This document shows positions 1-8,594 of a DNA stretch of 64,000 nucleotides, piece after piece. The DNA is from Actinomycetota bacterium. Lineage in GTDB: Bacteria > Actinomycetota > Humimicrobiia > Humimicrobiales > Humimicrobiaceae. The translations under genes and the position numbers were made by a program. The stretch covers positions 196 through 64,195 of the forward strand of contig JBNJCW010000003.1 in assembly GCA_051744345.1 (NCBI GenBank). Reading direction: 5' to 3'. Within the stretch, counting starts at the first letter, position 1. Each line of letters begins with the position of its first letter. Under the pieces are notes generated by a model. That model was not told the origin of the DNA and ran no database searches. It saw nothing but the letters and a program-made list of their open reading frames with translations.

Positions 1-1065
1 TTTAAGACTTACTTTTGTTGCTCTTTGTCTACCAGTTGTACCAGTCATTGATGTTATTATTTTACTTCTAAATTTTGGATATTTTAGTACATAAAATAAA
101 AAAAATTTATTAATATTCTTACAGAAAATTGGAAAAACCTCAGTCGTAGCTAAAGCAAAACCATTAGAGATCTTATCTGGAACAATACCTTGTTTTTCAT
201 TTTCTAAAGATGGAGTAATTTTAGCTAAAAGGATGTCGCCACTCTCACAGTAAGTGAAGCTCTTAACATTATTAATTGGACGAATTTCAAAAGTAGTGAA
301 TATATTAGAATCTGGTATTTTTTCCATAGGAATAAAAGCAACCTTATCAAAACCATTAATTCTCCTATTACCTCTGATTTCTATTATAGATTCGTCTCCT
401 AATTTAACTAATTTCCATTCTTCTGGAAGCCTACCTATTTCTGTTTCTTTATATTCTTTATGTCCAATTCCCTCAGTTAGAAGCTTCTTCATCAAGCCTT
501 TTTTTAATTGATTAGCCTTAGTTATGTATCTATCTACTTCTTCAATAGTTTTATCAACAGATGATAGTATTTCTGCTATTTTATTCTGTTCAGGAAGAGG
601 AGGAATTATTATTTTGAAATTTTCTAATTCTTTCTTTGTTATAGCTTTAAACGTAGAACCTCTAGATATGGAATCTAATAATTTCTTTGAATATTTAAGA
701 TAGTAAAAAAGAAACAAGAACCTTACTTTTTTATCTTTCACTCTTATTGCTGCTAAGCCCCTGCCAATGCAGCTTTTATGTAAAGCAATGTTTATATCTC
801 CTACTGGAGCTCTAACAGACAATAATAAATCATTTTTTTCTGCAATTTTTATAGGGCTGGAGCACCAGTAAACAGGATCTGGGTATATTTCTTTAAATTC
901 AGATTTACCTTGTAGAAAAGGTAATCCAACACCTTTCTTATTATATGTTAAAGATGGGGGAGATTGTCCCATAATTAAATTTACATAATTATCATTTCCT
1001 AAGGTAATTATCCTCCATTTTTCTGGTATATAATTATTCTGTTTTTTTTTAAATTCGTCACTCAT
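1..1065 (-). CDS. hsdS: Type I restriction-modification specificity subunit HsdS (5' part; ORF continues beyond window start)
   Basis: Hand translation of the minus strand from ATG at 1065-1063 gives MSDEFKKKQNNYIPEKWRIITLGNDNYVNLIMGQSPPSLTYNKKGVGLPFLQGKSEF... and later ...IIPPLPEQNKIAEIL.... These are classic HsdS target-recognition-domain and central conserved-region motifs. There is no in-window stop, which is why it is missing from the ORF track. Confidence 0.8.
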   Translation of the reverse strand, partial: MSDEFKKKQNNYIPEKWRIITLGNDNYVNLIMGQSPPSLTYNKKGVGLPFLQGKSEFKEIYPDPVYWCSSPIKIAEKNDLLLSVRAPVGDINIALHKSCIGRGLAAIRVKDKKVRFLFLFYYLKYSKKLLDSISRGSTFKAITKKELENFKIIIPPLPEQNKIAEILSSVDKTIEEVDRYITKANQLKKGLMKKLLTEGIGHKEYKETEIGRLPEEWKLVKLGDESIIEIRGNRRINGFDKVAFIPMEKIPDSNIFTTFEIRPINNVKSFTYCESGDILLAKITPSLENEKQGIVPDKISNGFALATTEVFPIFCKNINKFFLFYVLKYPKFRSKIITSMTGTTGRQRATKVSLK

Positions 1066-1227
1066 ATTTATGGCTTACATTAAAAATTAAAATTTAACCT
1101 CTTCTTTTCTATAGTTTTTTGCTTTTTAGTCTAATAATTAGTACTGATAATTATTATCTAAATTTATAGTTACCACCTATTCTATTTTAAACTCTTTAAT
1201 ATCTATTTATATTTCGCAAACAACCTT

Positions 1228-1258
1228 TTGACAACTTATTGACAACTTTTTTGACAAC
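1228..1258 (+). repeat. Three direct TTGACAAC repeats spaced 11-12 bp, between the fic stop and the hsdS start
   Basis: TTGACAAC occurs at 1228-1235, 1239-1246 and 1251-1258. The roughly helical-turn spacing is consistent with a regulator binding array or overlapping -35-like elements. Confidence 0.4.
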
Positions 1259-1265
1259 CAATAAT

Positions 1266-2303
1266 CTAAACTAAAATATAATGTGCCCCCTTTTTCTTTC
1301 CTTTTAATTCTACAACTCCTAAATTTACCAACTTATTCATTTCTTTTAATGCAGCCTGCCGTGATACTCCGAACATACCAGCAATATCTGTAGATGTTGC
1401 TTTATCATTTTTTAGTATAAATTCTACAATATTCATTTGTCTCTCTGTAAGGGCTATTTGTCCTTTTTCCTTTAAATATTTAATATCTTTACTGAGTCCT
1501 ATTACTCTATCTGTTATTGCTTTAATGCTTACTGCTACCCCTTCAGTAAAGTATTCCAGCCATGCTGTAAGATCAATGCTTTTTTTATCAACACTCTCAA
1601 GTGCCTTATAATAACTTGCCCTATTACTATCATAGTAATCATCTAAAGCAAAAAATCTTTTGGTATCAAATCCCCTTTTATATAAAACAAGGGTCGCCAT
1701 AATTCTAGCTGTTCTACCATTTCCATCTACAAAAGGGTGAATCCTTACAATCTCATAGTGTGTAATTCCCCCATGTAAAACTGGATCAATTTCCAAAGTT
1801 TTATCTGAATTGCACCAGTTTAAGAAATTATTCAACAATAGTGGAACTTCATTAAAAGAAGGTGGTCTAAATACTACTTCACCTGTAATTCTGTTTCCTA
1901 CAACAACTTCACAATTCCGAAGTGAACCTTCGTACTCGGGACTTTCCAATGTTTCATTTGTTACTATTTTATGAATCTTAAGAAAATCTTTTTCTGTTAA
2001 GAACTCCTTCTTTACAAGATCGGGTATTATTTCCAACGCTTCAATGTAATTTAAAACTTCTTGTTTGTCTTTTCTCCTGACCATTATATCTCTACCATTT
2101 GCCAGATCACTTACTTCCTCAAAAGAAAGAGGATTCCCCTCAATAGCGGTAGATGAATGAGCACTTCTGATTAAAGCTTCTCTTCTCAATTTAACTTCCC
2201 ATTTTGGAATCAAAGGGGAGTTCATTATTATAGTTTTATTTTCTGCTATTAGTGTTAAATTTTTAACTATTTTATTTGTGTACTTAAAATTGGGCTTAAA
2301 CAT
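1266..2303 (-). CDS. Fic/DOC family protein (AMPylation-type Fic motif), with a C-terminal HTH-like tail
   Basis: 345 aa ORF containing HPFVDGNGRTAR, the canonical Fic motif HPFx[DE]GNGR. It overlaps the end of hsdM by 8 nt and sits between hsdM and hsdS. Confidence 0.8.
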   Translation of the reverse strand: MFKPNFKYTNKIVKNLTLIAENKTIIMNSPLIPKWEVKLRREALIRSAHSSTAIEGNPLSFEEVSDLANGRDIMVRRKDKQEVLNYIEALEIIPDLVKKEFLTEKDFLKIHKIVTNETLESPEYEGSLRNCEVVVGNRITGEVVFRPPSFNEVPLLLNNFLNWCNSDKTLEIDPVLHGGITHYEIVRIHPFVDGNGRTARIMATLVLYKRGFDTKRFFALDDYYDSNRASYYKALESVDKKSIDLTAWLEYFTEGVAVSIKAITDRVIGLSKDIKYLKEKGQIALTERQMNIVEFILKNDKATSTDIAGMFGVSRQAALKEMNKLVNLGVVELKGKKKGAHYILV

Positions 2304-4080
2304 CGTCTATCCCCAGTTCATTAAGATAATTTGCAATCTTTTTTTCATTCTCCGATAAATTTTGATTTATATTTTTTATATCTTTCCACTCACTAGCTAT
2401 ATCTATTTCTTCAACTTCTTCTTCTGGATAGACATATAGAGTCACATTGAGATTATAGTCATTTTCTTTTATCTTCTCTTTTTCTATAAGCTGGGAAAAT
2501 CCTTTTAATTCCCCATTATTCTTATATGCTTTTACTATTTTATCTATATTTTTCTCTCCCAGACAGTTAAGCTTTCTTACTTCTGGGTGGCTCTCATATT
2601 CTTCGCTGGCATTTATAAATTGAACCATACCCTTTTTAAATTCAGGTTTATTTTTGTTTAAAACAATTATGGCTCCTGGAGCTCCTGTATTATAAAAAAG
2701 CTTTTCTGGCAGAAGAATAATTGTTTCTATTAAATCATTTTCAACCATCTTTGATCTTATTACTTTTTCTTTGCCCATTCTAAACAGGCACCCATTATCT
2801 ATTACTACTCCGACTTTCCCCATTTCTTCCTCTGCTGATGCTAGCATATGCTGTATCCATGCCCAGTCTGCAGATTGTCTGGGAGAGAAACCAAAACTAA
2901 ACCGCTTAGACCAGAATTCTCCTTTTCTCAGAACTTCTTCATCGTATCCATCCTGATTCCATGGGGGATTTGCTATAACAATATCAAACGTTTCTATTTC
3001 ACCTGAATCATTTATAAATTTGGGAGAATTTAATGTATCTCCATAAGCAATTTTTGCATTTCTTATGTCATGAATGTTTAAATTCATTTTAGCTAGGGCC
3101 ATTGTTTTATGGTTTGCTTCCTGCCCATATAGAAAAAGCTTATTTGCAGAATCCTTCCCCAAGTTATCTTTTAAGTACCTGTATGAACTTATAAGCATCC
3201 CTCCCGAACCACAGGCAGGGTCATAAACACTCTGCCCTGGTTTTGGATCAAGCATTTCAACAATCAGTTTTATAACTTCTCTTGCTGTATATACCTCTCC
3301 TTCCTTAGCTTTCTGGGGGGCAAAATATCTTAATATCCATTCATAAGCATCACCAAGAATATCTGGAGAAACATTATGGAGTGACTTTTCACTGAAAAGT
3401 TCAATCAGTTGTCTTAGGATCTCGGCATTTTCTTTACTTGTTGTAAATTGAACAAAATCTATATTTTCAAATACAATTTTTAAATCTGAATTTGTATCAG
3501 CAATAGCTTTCATTGCAGCAGAAAAATTTTCTGGAATTCTTGCAGGATCTTTTTTTCTTAAATTATCCCATAAAAACTCTTCGGGAATATTATAGTCATG
3601 ATAAGCAGAATTTCTTGCTTCTTTTCTAGCTTCTTCTTTACTAAGACCATCAGCAATAGCTTCATCATATGCAGTTTTAAATTCTTTTTCCCATTTATCG
3701 CTCATTCTCTTATAGAAAAGAAGCACTAATATAAAGGTGTAATCAACTCTTGTTCTTATAAGATCTGCTGCAGATTTTAATATTCGTTCCAGCTCTCCCC
3801 TGGTTAATTTTTTCTTATCAAGTGACAGAGTATTAGAAATCATATCTTTCTTGCTTTTTAGTTTATAAATTCTTTTTCTGGCATCATCTGGATCAAACTC
3901 AACTTCAAGCATTCCTGCTTTTCTGAGCTCAGATAAAATTACCACAACTTCGTTTTTTGTATCTTTTATACCATTTATTCCTTGGTTAAGTTTGTTAGCT
4001 GCTTCCCCAAGAGGGAAGGGAGATGATTGAAATGATTGCCACAAGATGTCATATCTTTTATTGATCCAGTCTGGTAACAT
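2296..4080 (-). CDS. hsdM: Type I restriction-modification N6-adenine DNA methyltransferase HsdM
   Basis: 594 aa. It has the IANPPW (NPPW catalytic) motif, the SAM-binding DPACGSGGML motif and an N-terminal HsdM_N-like region. Confidence 0.9.
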   Translation of the reverse strand: MLPDWINKRYDILWQSFQSSPFPLGEAANKLNQGINGIKDTKNEVVVILSELRKAGMLEVEFDPDDARKRIYKLKSKKDMISNTLSLDKKKLTRGELERILKSAADLIRTRVDYTFILVLLFYKRMSDKWEKEFKTAYDEAIADGLSKEEARKEARNSAYHDYNIPEEFLWDNLRKKDPARIPENFSAAMKAIADTNSDLKIVFENIDFVQFTTSKENAEILRQLIELFSEKSLHNVSPDILGDAYEWILRYFAPQKAKEGEVYTAREVIKLIVEMLDPKPGQSVYDPACGSGGMLISSYRYLKDNLGKDSANKLFLYGQEANHKTMALAKMNLNIHDIRNAKIAYGDTLNSPKFINDSGEIETFDIVIANPPWNQDGYDEEVLRKGEFWSKRFSFGFSPRQSADWAWIQHMLASAEEEMGKVGVVIDNGCLFRMGKEKVIRSKMVENDLIETIILLPEKLFYNTGAPGAIIVLNKNKPEFKKGMVQFINASEEYESHPEVRKLNCLGEKNIDKIVKAYKNNGELKGFSQLIEKEKIKENDYNLNVTLYVYPEEEVEEIDIASEWKDIKNINQNLSENEKKIANYLNELGIDDV

Positions 4081-4721
4081 GGTTATAAACTACTTTCTAG
4101 CTAAATAATAATTTACATAAGTTTATTTTAATAAACTTATTTTATAAGTTTGAATTTTGAAAGTCAATACAAACTATGAAATTATTTATTCAAAAATCAA
4201 TGGACTCCTCAAGTAGGCAATAATGTAGTAAATAAATTTAAGAAGTCCTTTGACTATGGGAGTGATAGCTATATGGGAGTTATAAAAAATTTTTAAATTT
4301 GTTTTGTTTCTAAGTTTATGAGTCTAGTTGTATAAAATTTAAAAATACTTGACTGTGTAAACAAGTATTAGATGTACGGTAATCGCATGAAATTTGAATG
4401 GGCCCTGAAAAAATGGATGGTTAAAACAAAAATAGGAATACCTTTTGAAAAAATTGTTTTCCATTTCTCTCAAAGAATTTATGGGAAGTAGCAGACCTTC
4501 CATAACAAAAGAAATATCCAGAGCAAAGAATATATTTTTTAATAGTTGATGATTACATTTATTTAGTTCCTAATGTAAAAGAACAATCATTTTTAGAGAT
4601 AAATAACAACCCCTTTATTTTTACTACTAATCTTATTAATATGATTATATTAATTGAATTAGTAATATATAAATGCTAAGATTTTTTCAGGTTGATTTGT
4701 AAACATACGGATTAGGAAATA

Positions 4722-6092
4722 TTGTCATCCTTTACACAGGAGGAGAGGACCATGACCTTAAAGGAAAAAATGAGGCTCTATACAACCAAGACGGCCATCA
4801 AGGGGGCATTGAAGGTACTTCCCCATATATCTGATGAGAGGTGGCTTTCCCTGGTTAAAGGCAGGATTTACAAGCCAAAGAAAAAAAATGAAATGGATTT
4901 TTTGGAAAACCTGCTGGTAAGCTTAAAGAATGCAGTCCTGAATGCTCCCCCTAGTGTCAGGGAGAAAGTGGTTATGAACCTTATCAACAATGCCATGATC
5001 CAGGGCCAGCCCAAAAGGCATGCCTTCGCCGAAAAATACGGCATCAATCCCCCCAACCACCTGGTGATAAGCCCCACCATGGCATGTAACCTGAAATGTT
5101 TTGGCTGCTATGCCTGGAAGTACCCCAAAAAAGATGTCCTGCCCTATGATGTATGCAACCGGATAATAGATGAGGCCAATGATATCGGCATCTACTTCTT
5201 TGTAATAACCGGCGGGGAGCCTTTCGCCTGGGAACATATTTACGACTTCCTGGAGACCCATAACGACTGTTTTTTCCAGATATACACCAATGGGCAGCTT
5301 ATCGACCAAGAAGCAGCAGAAAGGCTTTCTGAACTGGGCAATGCCATCCTGTGCATAAGCGTGGAAGGGCTGAGGGAAGAAACCGAAGCCAGGAGAGGTA
5401 AAGGAAGCTGGGATAAAATAATGGAAGCTATGGACCTGCTTAAGGAAAATGGGGTGCTTTTCGGATATTCAGTTACTGCAGTCAGGAACAACAATGAATT
5501 AATAGTAAGTGATGAGTTTATTGATTTCTTTGTAGAGAAAGGTTGTTTTCTGGGTTGGTACTTTAACTATATTCCTACCGGTAAAGACCCTGACCTTGAT
5601 CTTATGCCCACCCCGGAGCAGAGGGATTACAGGAGAAGAAGGGTGCTGGAACTGAGAAAAACCAAAAACCTCATCCCCATTGATTTCTGGAATGACGGAC
5701 CCCTGGTCCACGGATGCATGGCTGGGGGAAAGAACTATTTCCATATCAATGTTAACGGTGACGTGGAGCCATGCGTATTCATCCACTTTGCCGCAGATAA
5801 CATAAAAAACAAAAGCTTAACCGAAGTGATCACTTCAGATTTCTTCAAAGAATTCAGGAAAAGGCAGATGCAGTCCGACAACCACCTTAGGCCCTGCTGC
5901 ATAATCGACAATCCCCATGTTCTCAGGGAGGCAGTTGCCCAGACAGGGGCATACACGACCCATGAAGGTGCAGAGACTATGGTAACCAGCCTTGCAAAAT
6001 CCCTGGATGAGTACGGTGAAAAATATAAGGAGATAGCAAATAAGGCATGGGCTATGGAATATGTTCCCAAAGAAGATGAGGAGGCGGTCTAA
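4722..6092 (+). CDS. Radical SAM domain protein with a SPASM/twitch-like C-terminal Cys motif
   Basis: 456 aa. It has a CNLKCFGC (CX3CX2C) cluster at about residue 123. Downstream, GCMAGGKNYFHINVNGDVEPCVF and RPCCIIDNP resemble the start of a SPASM auxiliary-cluster region. An AGGAG ribosome-binding site lies upstream at about 4739. Confidence 0.75.
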   Translation: MSSFTQEERTMTLKEKMRLYTTKTAIKGALKVLPHISDERWLSLVKGRIYKPKKKNEMDFLENLLVSLKNAVLNAPPSVREKVVMNLINNAMIQGQPKRHAFAEKYGINPPNHLVISPTMACNLKCFGCYAWKYPKKDVLPYDVCNRIIDEANDIGIYFFVITGGEPFAWEHIYDFLETHNDCFFQIYTNGQLIDQEAAERLSELGNAILCISVEGLREETEARRGKGSWDKIMEAMDLLKENGVLFGYSVTAVRNNNELIVSDEFIDFFVEKGCFLGWYFNYIPTGKDPDLDLMPTPEQRDYRRRRVLELRKTKNLIPIDFWNDGPLVHGCMAGGKNYFHINVNGDVEPCVFIHFAADNIKNKSLTEVITSDFFKEFRKRQMQSDNHLRPCCIIDNPHVLREAVAQTGAYTTHEGAETMVTSLAKSLDEYGEKYKEIANKAWAMEYVPKEDEEAV

Positions 6093-6239
6093 ATAGATAC
6101 TGCACCCAGGCCCAGGAGGTTTCTTCACCTTAAATATGTTTACAGGATCTTCTTTCTGGAAGATTTCCTAAAAAGGATATGGTTTGACTGCCGTTCATGC
6201 GGGCAATGCATCCTAAGCACTACCGGTTTCGTCTGCCCC

Positions 6240-6602
6240 ATGAGGTGCCCTAAAAAGTTAAGGAACGGCATCTGCGGGGGTTCAAGTAAGGGCACGTGCG
6301 AGGTTGACCGTACCAAAAGATGCGTTTGGGAAGAAATATATGAGGGATCTAAAAGCCTGGACAGGATCCGGCTTCTGGATAAATTCCAAAAACCGGTAGA
6401 CTCTAGACTGCATAATACATCTTCGTTTGTAAACATGTTTGACAGAAGGATAGAAGGGATGAATATCATAGCAGAGGGAAAAGGCAGTAAGGTATGCCAG
6501 CTTATGAAGGTATTATCGCACCTGGTAAAAATAAGATGGAGAAAATTTCTGCATCCTTCAAGGTATCACCAGAAATACCCCAATCATTACCTGGGCGTAT
6601 AA
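6240..6602 (+). CDS. Cys-rich ORF with an MTHFR C-terminal-like motif (CPxxCPK...NGxCGG). It is in the same frame as the radical SAM gene and directly after that gene's TAA stop.
   Basis: ATG at 6240 gives MRCPKKLRNGICGGSSKGTCEV.... The frame is open back to 6093 with no ATG, giving ...RIWFDCRSCGQCILSTTGFVCPMRCPKK. It is separated from the radical SAM ORF only by the TAA at 6090-6092. Confidence 0.35.
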   Translation: MRCPKKLRNGICGGSSKGTCEVDRTKRCVWEEIYEGSKSLDRIRLLDKFQKPVDSRLHNTSSFVNMFDRRIEGMNIIAEGKGSKVCQLMKVLSHLVKIRWRKFLHPSRYHQKYPNHYLGV

Positions 6603-6638
6603 TAAATGCTTCCAGAACCTTAAGCTGTGCCAGCGGAT

Positions 6639-6986
6639 CTATTTTTCCTTTTCTGCGCCCTCTTCTACCAGATGGCATATGCCTGCCACGTATTTTATAT
6701 CCAGAACAAAGACGATACCCTCTCCGGGCTTGTTCAGGTTTCCTGCCTCAAGGATGGCATCCAGAACCTTTTTTGTAATTTCACAGTTTACCACAGTCAG
6801 CAGTATCTCCTTTTCCGGCTCAATAGGTATCCCCATAAGTTTGGATTTTTCATGTATGCCGGAGCCCCTTGCCGGAATTACAGTTCCCCCCTCTGCTCCC
6901 GCTTCCTTGGAAGCGGCCAGTATGGTTTCAGAAAAACCCCTTTTTACAATGGTAACAATCAGATCATGGTCTTCATAACATATCAT
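6639..6986 (-). CDS. P-II-like (GlnB superfamily) small regulatory protein
   Basis: 115 aa. IVTIVKRGFSETILAASKEAGAEGGTVIPARGSG aligns with the P-II fold, including a T-loop-like GxxVxxxRGxG. It lies directly downstream of two DUF1538-like membrane proteins. Confidence 0.55.
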   Translation of the reverse strand: MICYEDHDLIVTIVKRGFSETILAASKEAGAEGGTVIPARGSGIHEKSKLMGIPIEPEKEILLTVVNCEITKKVLDAILEAGNLNKPGEGIVFVLDIKYVAGICHLVEEGAEKEK

Positions 6987-6999
6987 TTATATAAACCTC

Positions 7000-7731
7000 C
7001 TACTCCTGTTTCCTTTCATTGATCCTGTAAAGCAGCCCCAGTATAACCACCGAAAGGATGGGGGCCAGGGCTACCAGGGAAATAAGTCCGAATCCGTCAG
7101 TTATAGCATCCCTTCCCTCCATTATATTAGCAGCCCCCACCGAAATAGCCATTATAAAGGTTACCGTCATGGGCCCGGTTGCCACTCCTCCCGAGTCAAA
7201 AGCAATAGCGGTAAAGGTGGGGCTTATAATTTTAGCCAGGGCTAAAGCCACCACATATCCCGGCAGTATGAAATAGGCCAGGTGGATACCCCAAAGGGTT
7301 CTGGCCATGGCCAGGGCAATGGATGCGGCAACCCCCAGGGAAATGGTAAACAGCATGGTCTTTTCCTGAATGTACCCGCTGGAAGCATTTTCCACTTCCT
7401 GGCAGAGTACCCTTACCGCTGGTTCAGCAATGGTTACCGTAAATCCCAGTATAAAACCTATGGGAATGAGAATCCACCTGTGGTTTAAGCTTCCCAGTAC
7501 TTCCCCTATCGTATTTCCGGTGGGAAGAAAACCTATATGCACACCGTAGAGAAACATAACCAGGCCAACAAAGGTTAGAAACATTCCCTTCATTATATTT
7601 TTTGCTTCCGTCCTAGGCAGTTTTAAAAAGAAAATCTGGTATATCAAAAAGATTACCATAAGCGGTATCAGCGCTATGGCTACCTCTATGATTATATCCA
7701 GGAGGCTGCGGAGGGCAAAAAAATCTTTCAT
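7000..7731 (-). CDS. DUF1538-like polytopic membrane protein
   Basis: 243 aa hydrophobic protein, paralogous to its neighbour, with an overlapping start and stop. Confidence 0.5.
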   Translation of the reverse strand: MKDFFALRSLLDIIIEVAIALIPLMVIFLIYQIFFLKLPRTEAKNIMKGMFLTFVGLVMFLYGVHIGFLPTGNTIGEVLGSLNHRWILIPIGFILGFTVTIAEPAVRVLCQEVENASSGYIQEKTMLFTISLGVAASIALAMARTLWGIHLAYFILPGYVVALALAKIISPTFTAIAFDSGGVATGPMTVTFIMAISVGAANIMEGRDAITDGFGLISLVALAPILSVVILGLLYRINERKQE

Positions 7732-8423
7732 CCGTATACCACTCCCAGAAGCATCACTGATATTACCGGCCCTATGGAAGCCAGCCCGATTAACCCAAAC
7801 CCATCAGCTATGCTGGAATTTCCGCCCAGTACTGAGGCAGTGCCCAAACCCAGGGATATGATGAAGGGGACAGTAACCGGGCCGGTGGTTACCCCTCCCG
7901 CATCAAAGGAAACAGGCAGAAAAGAAGCCGGAGTAAAAAATGATATAATGAAAACCACCAGATAACCCCCAAAAAGAAGGTAAGCTATGGGTACGCCCTT
8001 AATAATCCTGAACATGGCCAGAAGAACAAACAATCCAACCCCTGCTGCAATCACCGGTACCAGCATGTACCTGGTTATGGTGCCTCCTGAAACAATATCC
8101 ACCTGCTGGGATAGGACACGCACGTCCGGTTCAGCCACGGTTACCGAAAACCCCATTACAAATGCTATAACCAAAACCAGTATGGCTGACCCTTTCTTGG
8201 GAGTCTCCGCGCCTATCATCTCCCCGATGGGAATAAGCCCTATCTTTATTCCCCTCATAAATAAAAAGAAACCCCCCACAACCAAGAATGCTCCGAATAA
8301 AAACCTCAAAAATTCTATGGCAGGCATCTTTATGAGTGTGAATTGAAGAATAGTTACCGCTATTATTACCGGCCCTGCCGTCCTTAATATCTCCAGTATT
8401 ATTTCCTTATGCCTGGATAACAA
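7728..8423 (-). CDS. DUF1538-like polytopic membrane protein (paralog)
   Basis: 231 aa hydrophobic protein. Its stop overlaps the start of the next gene by 4 nt. Confidence 0.5.
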   Translation of the reverse strand: MLSRHKEIILEILRTAGPVIIAVTILQFTLIKMPAIEFLRFLFGAFLVVGGFFLFMRGIKIGLIPIGEMIGAETPKKGSAILVLVIAFVMGFSVTVAEPDVRVLSQQVDIVSGGTITRYMLVPVIAAGVGLFVLLAMFRIIKGVPIAYLLFGGYLVVFIISFFTPASFLPVSFDAGGVTTGPVTVPFIISLGLGTASVLGGNSSIADGFGLIGLASIGPVISVMLLGVVYG

Positions 8424-8542
8424 AACAATACCCTTTCCGTTTTATGCCTCTAAGCCTGGCTATGGATTTTTATAGTACCACAGCAGTTTTTTAATTACTA
8501 TGAGGCTTATTTTATTGAGTTTGCTGCCCATTCAAGGTTGGT

Positions 8543-8587
8543 CTTAAAAAGGTAAAGCGCATGCCTTAAACAGGTATGCGCTTTACC
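8543..8587 (-). terminator. Rho-independent terminator after hppA
   Basis: A perfect 12 bp inverted repeat GGTAAAGCGCAT/ATGCGCTTTACC (8551-8562 and 8576-8587) is followed on the minus strand by UUUUUAAGAC. Confidence 0.6.
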
Positions 8588-8594
8588 TGATACT

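Noticed and set aside
6090-6092. Programmed recoding (selenocysteine or pyrrolysine) at the in-frame stop between the radical SAM gene and the Cys-rich ORF.
   Set aside because: The stop is TAA, not TGA or TAG. No SECIS-like hairpin is evident, so sequencing error, pseudogenisation or a separate gene are more likely.
6140-6469. 109 aa minus-strand ORF overlapping the Cys-rich MTHFR_C-like ORF.
   Set aside because: The plus-strand frame carries a coherent, conserved-looking cysteine motif array. The minus-strand ORF has no motif and is probably its shadow.
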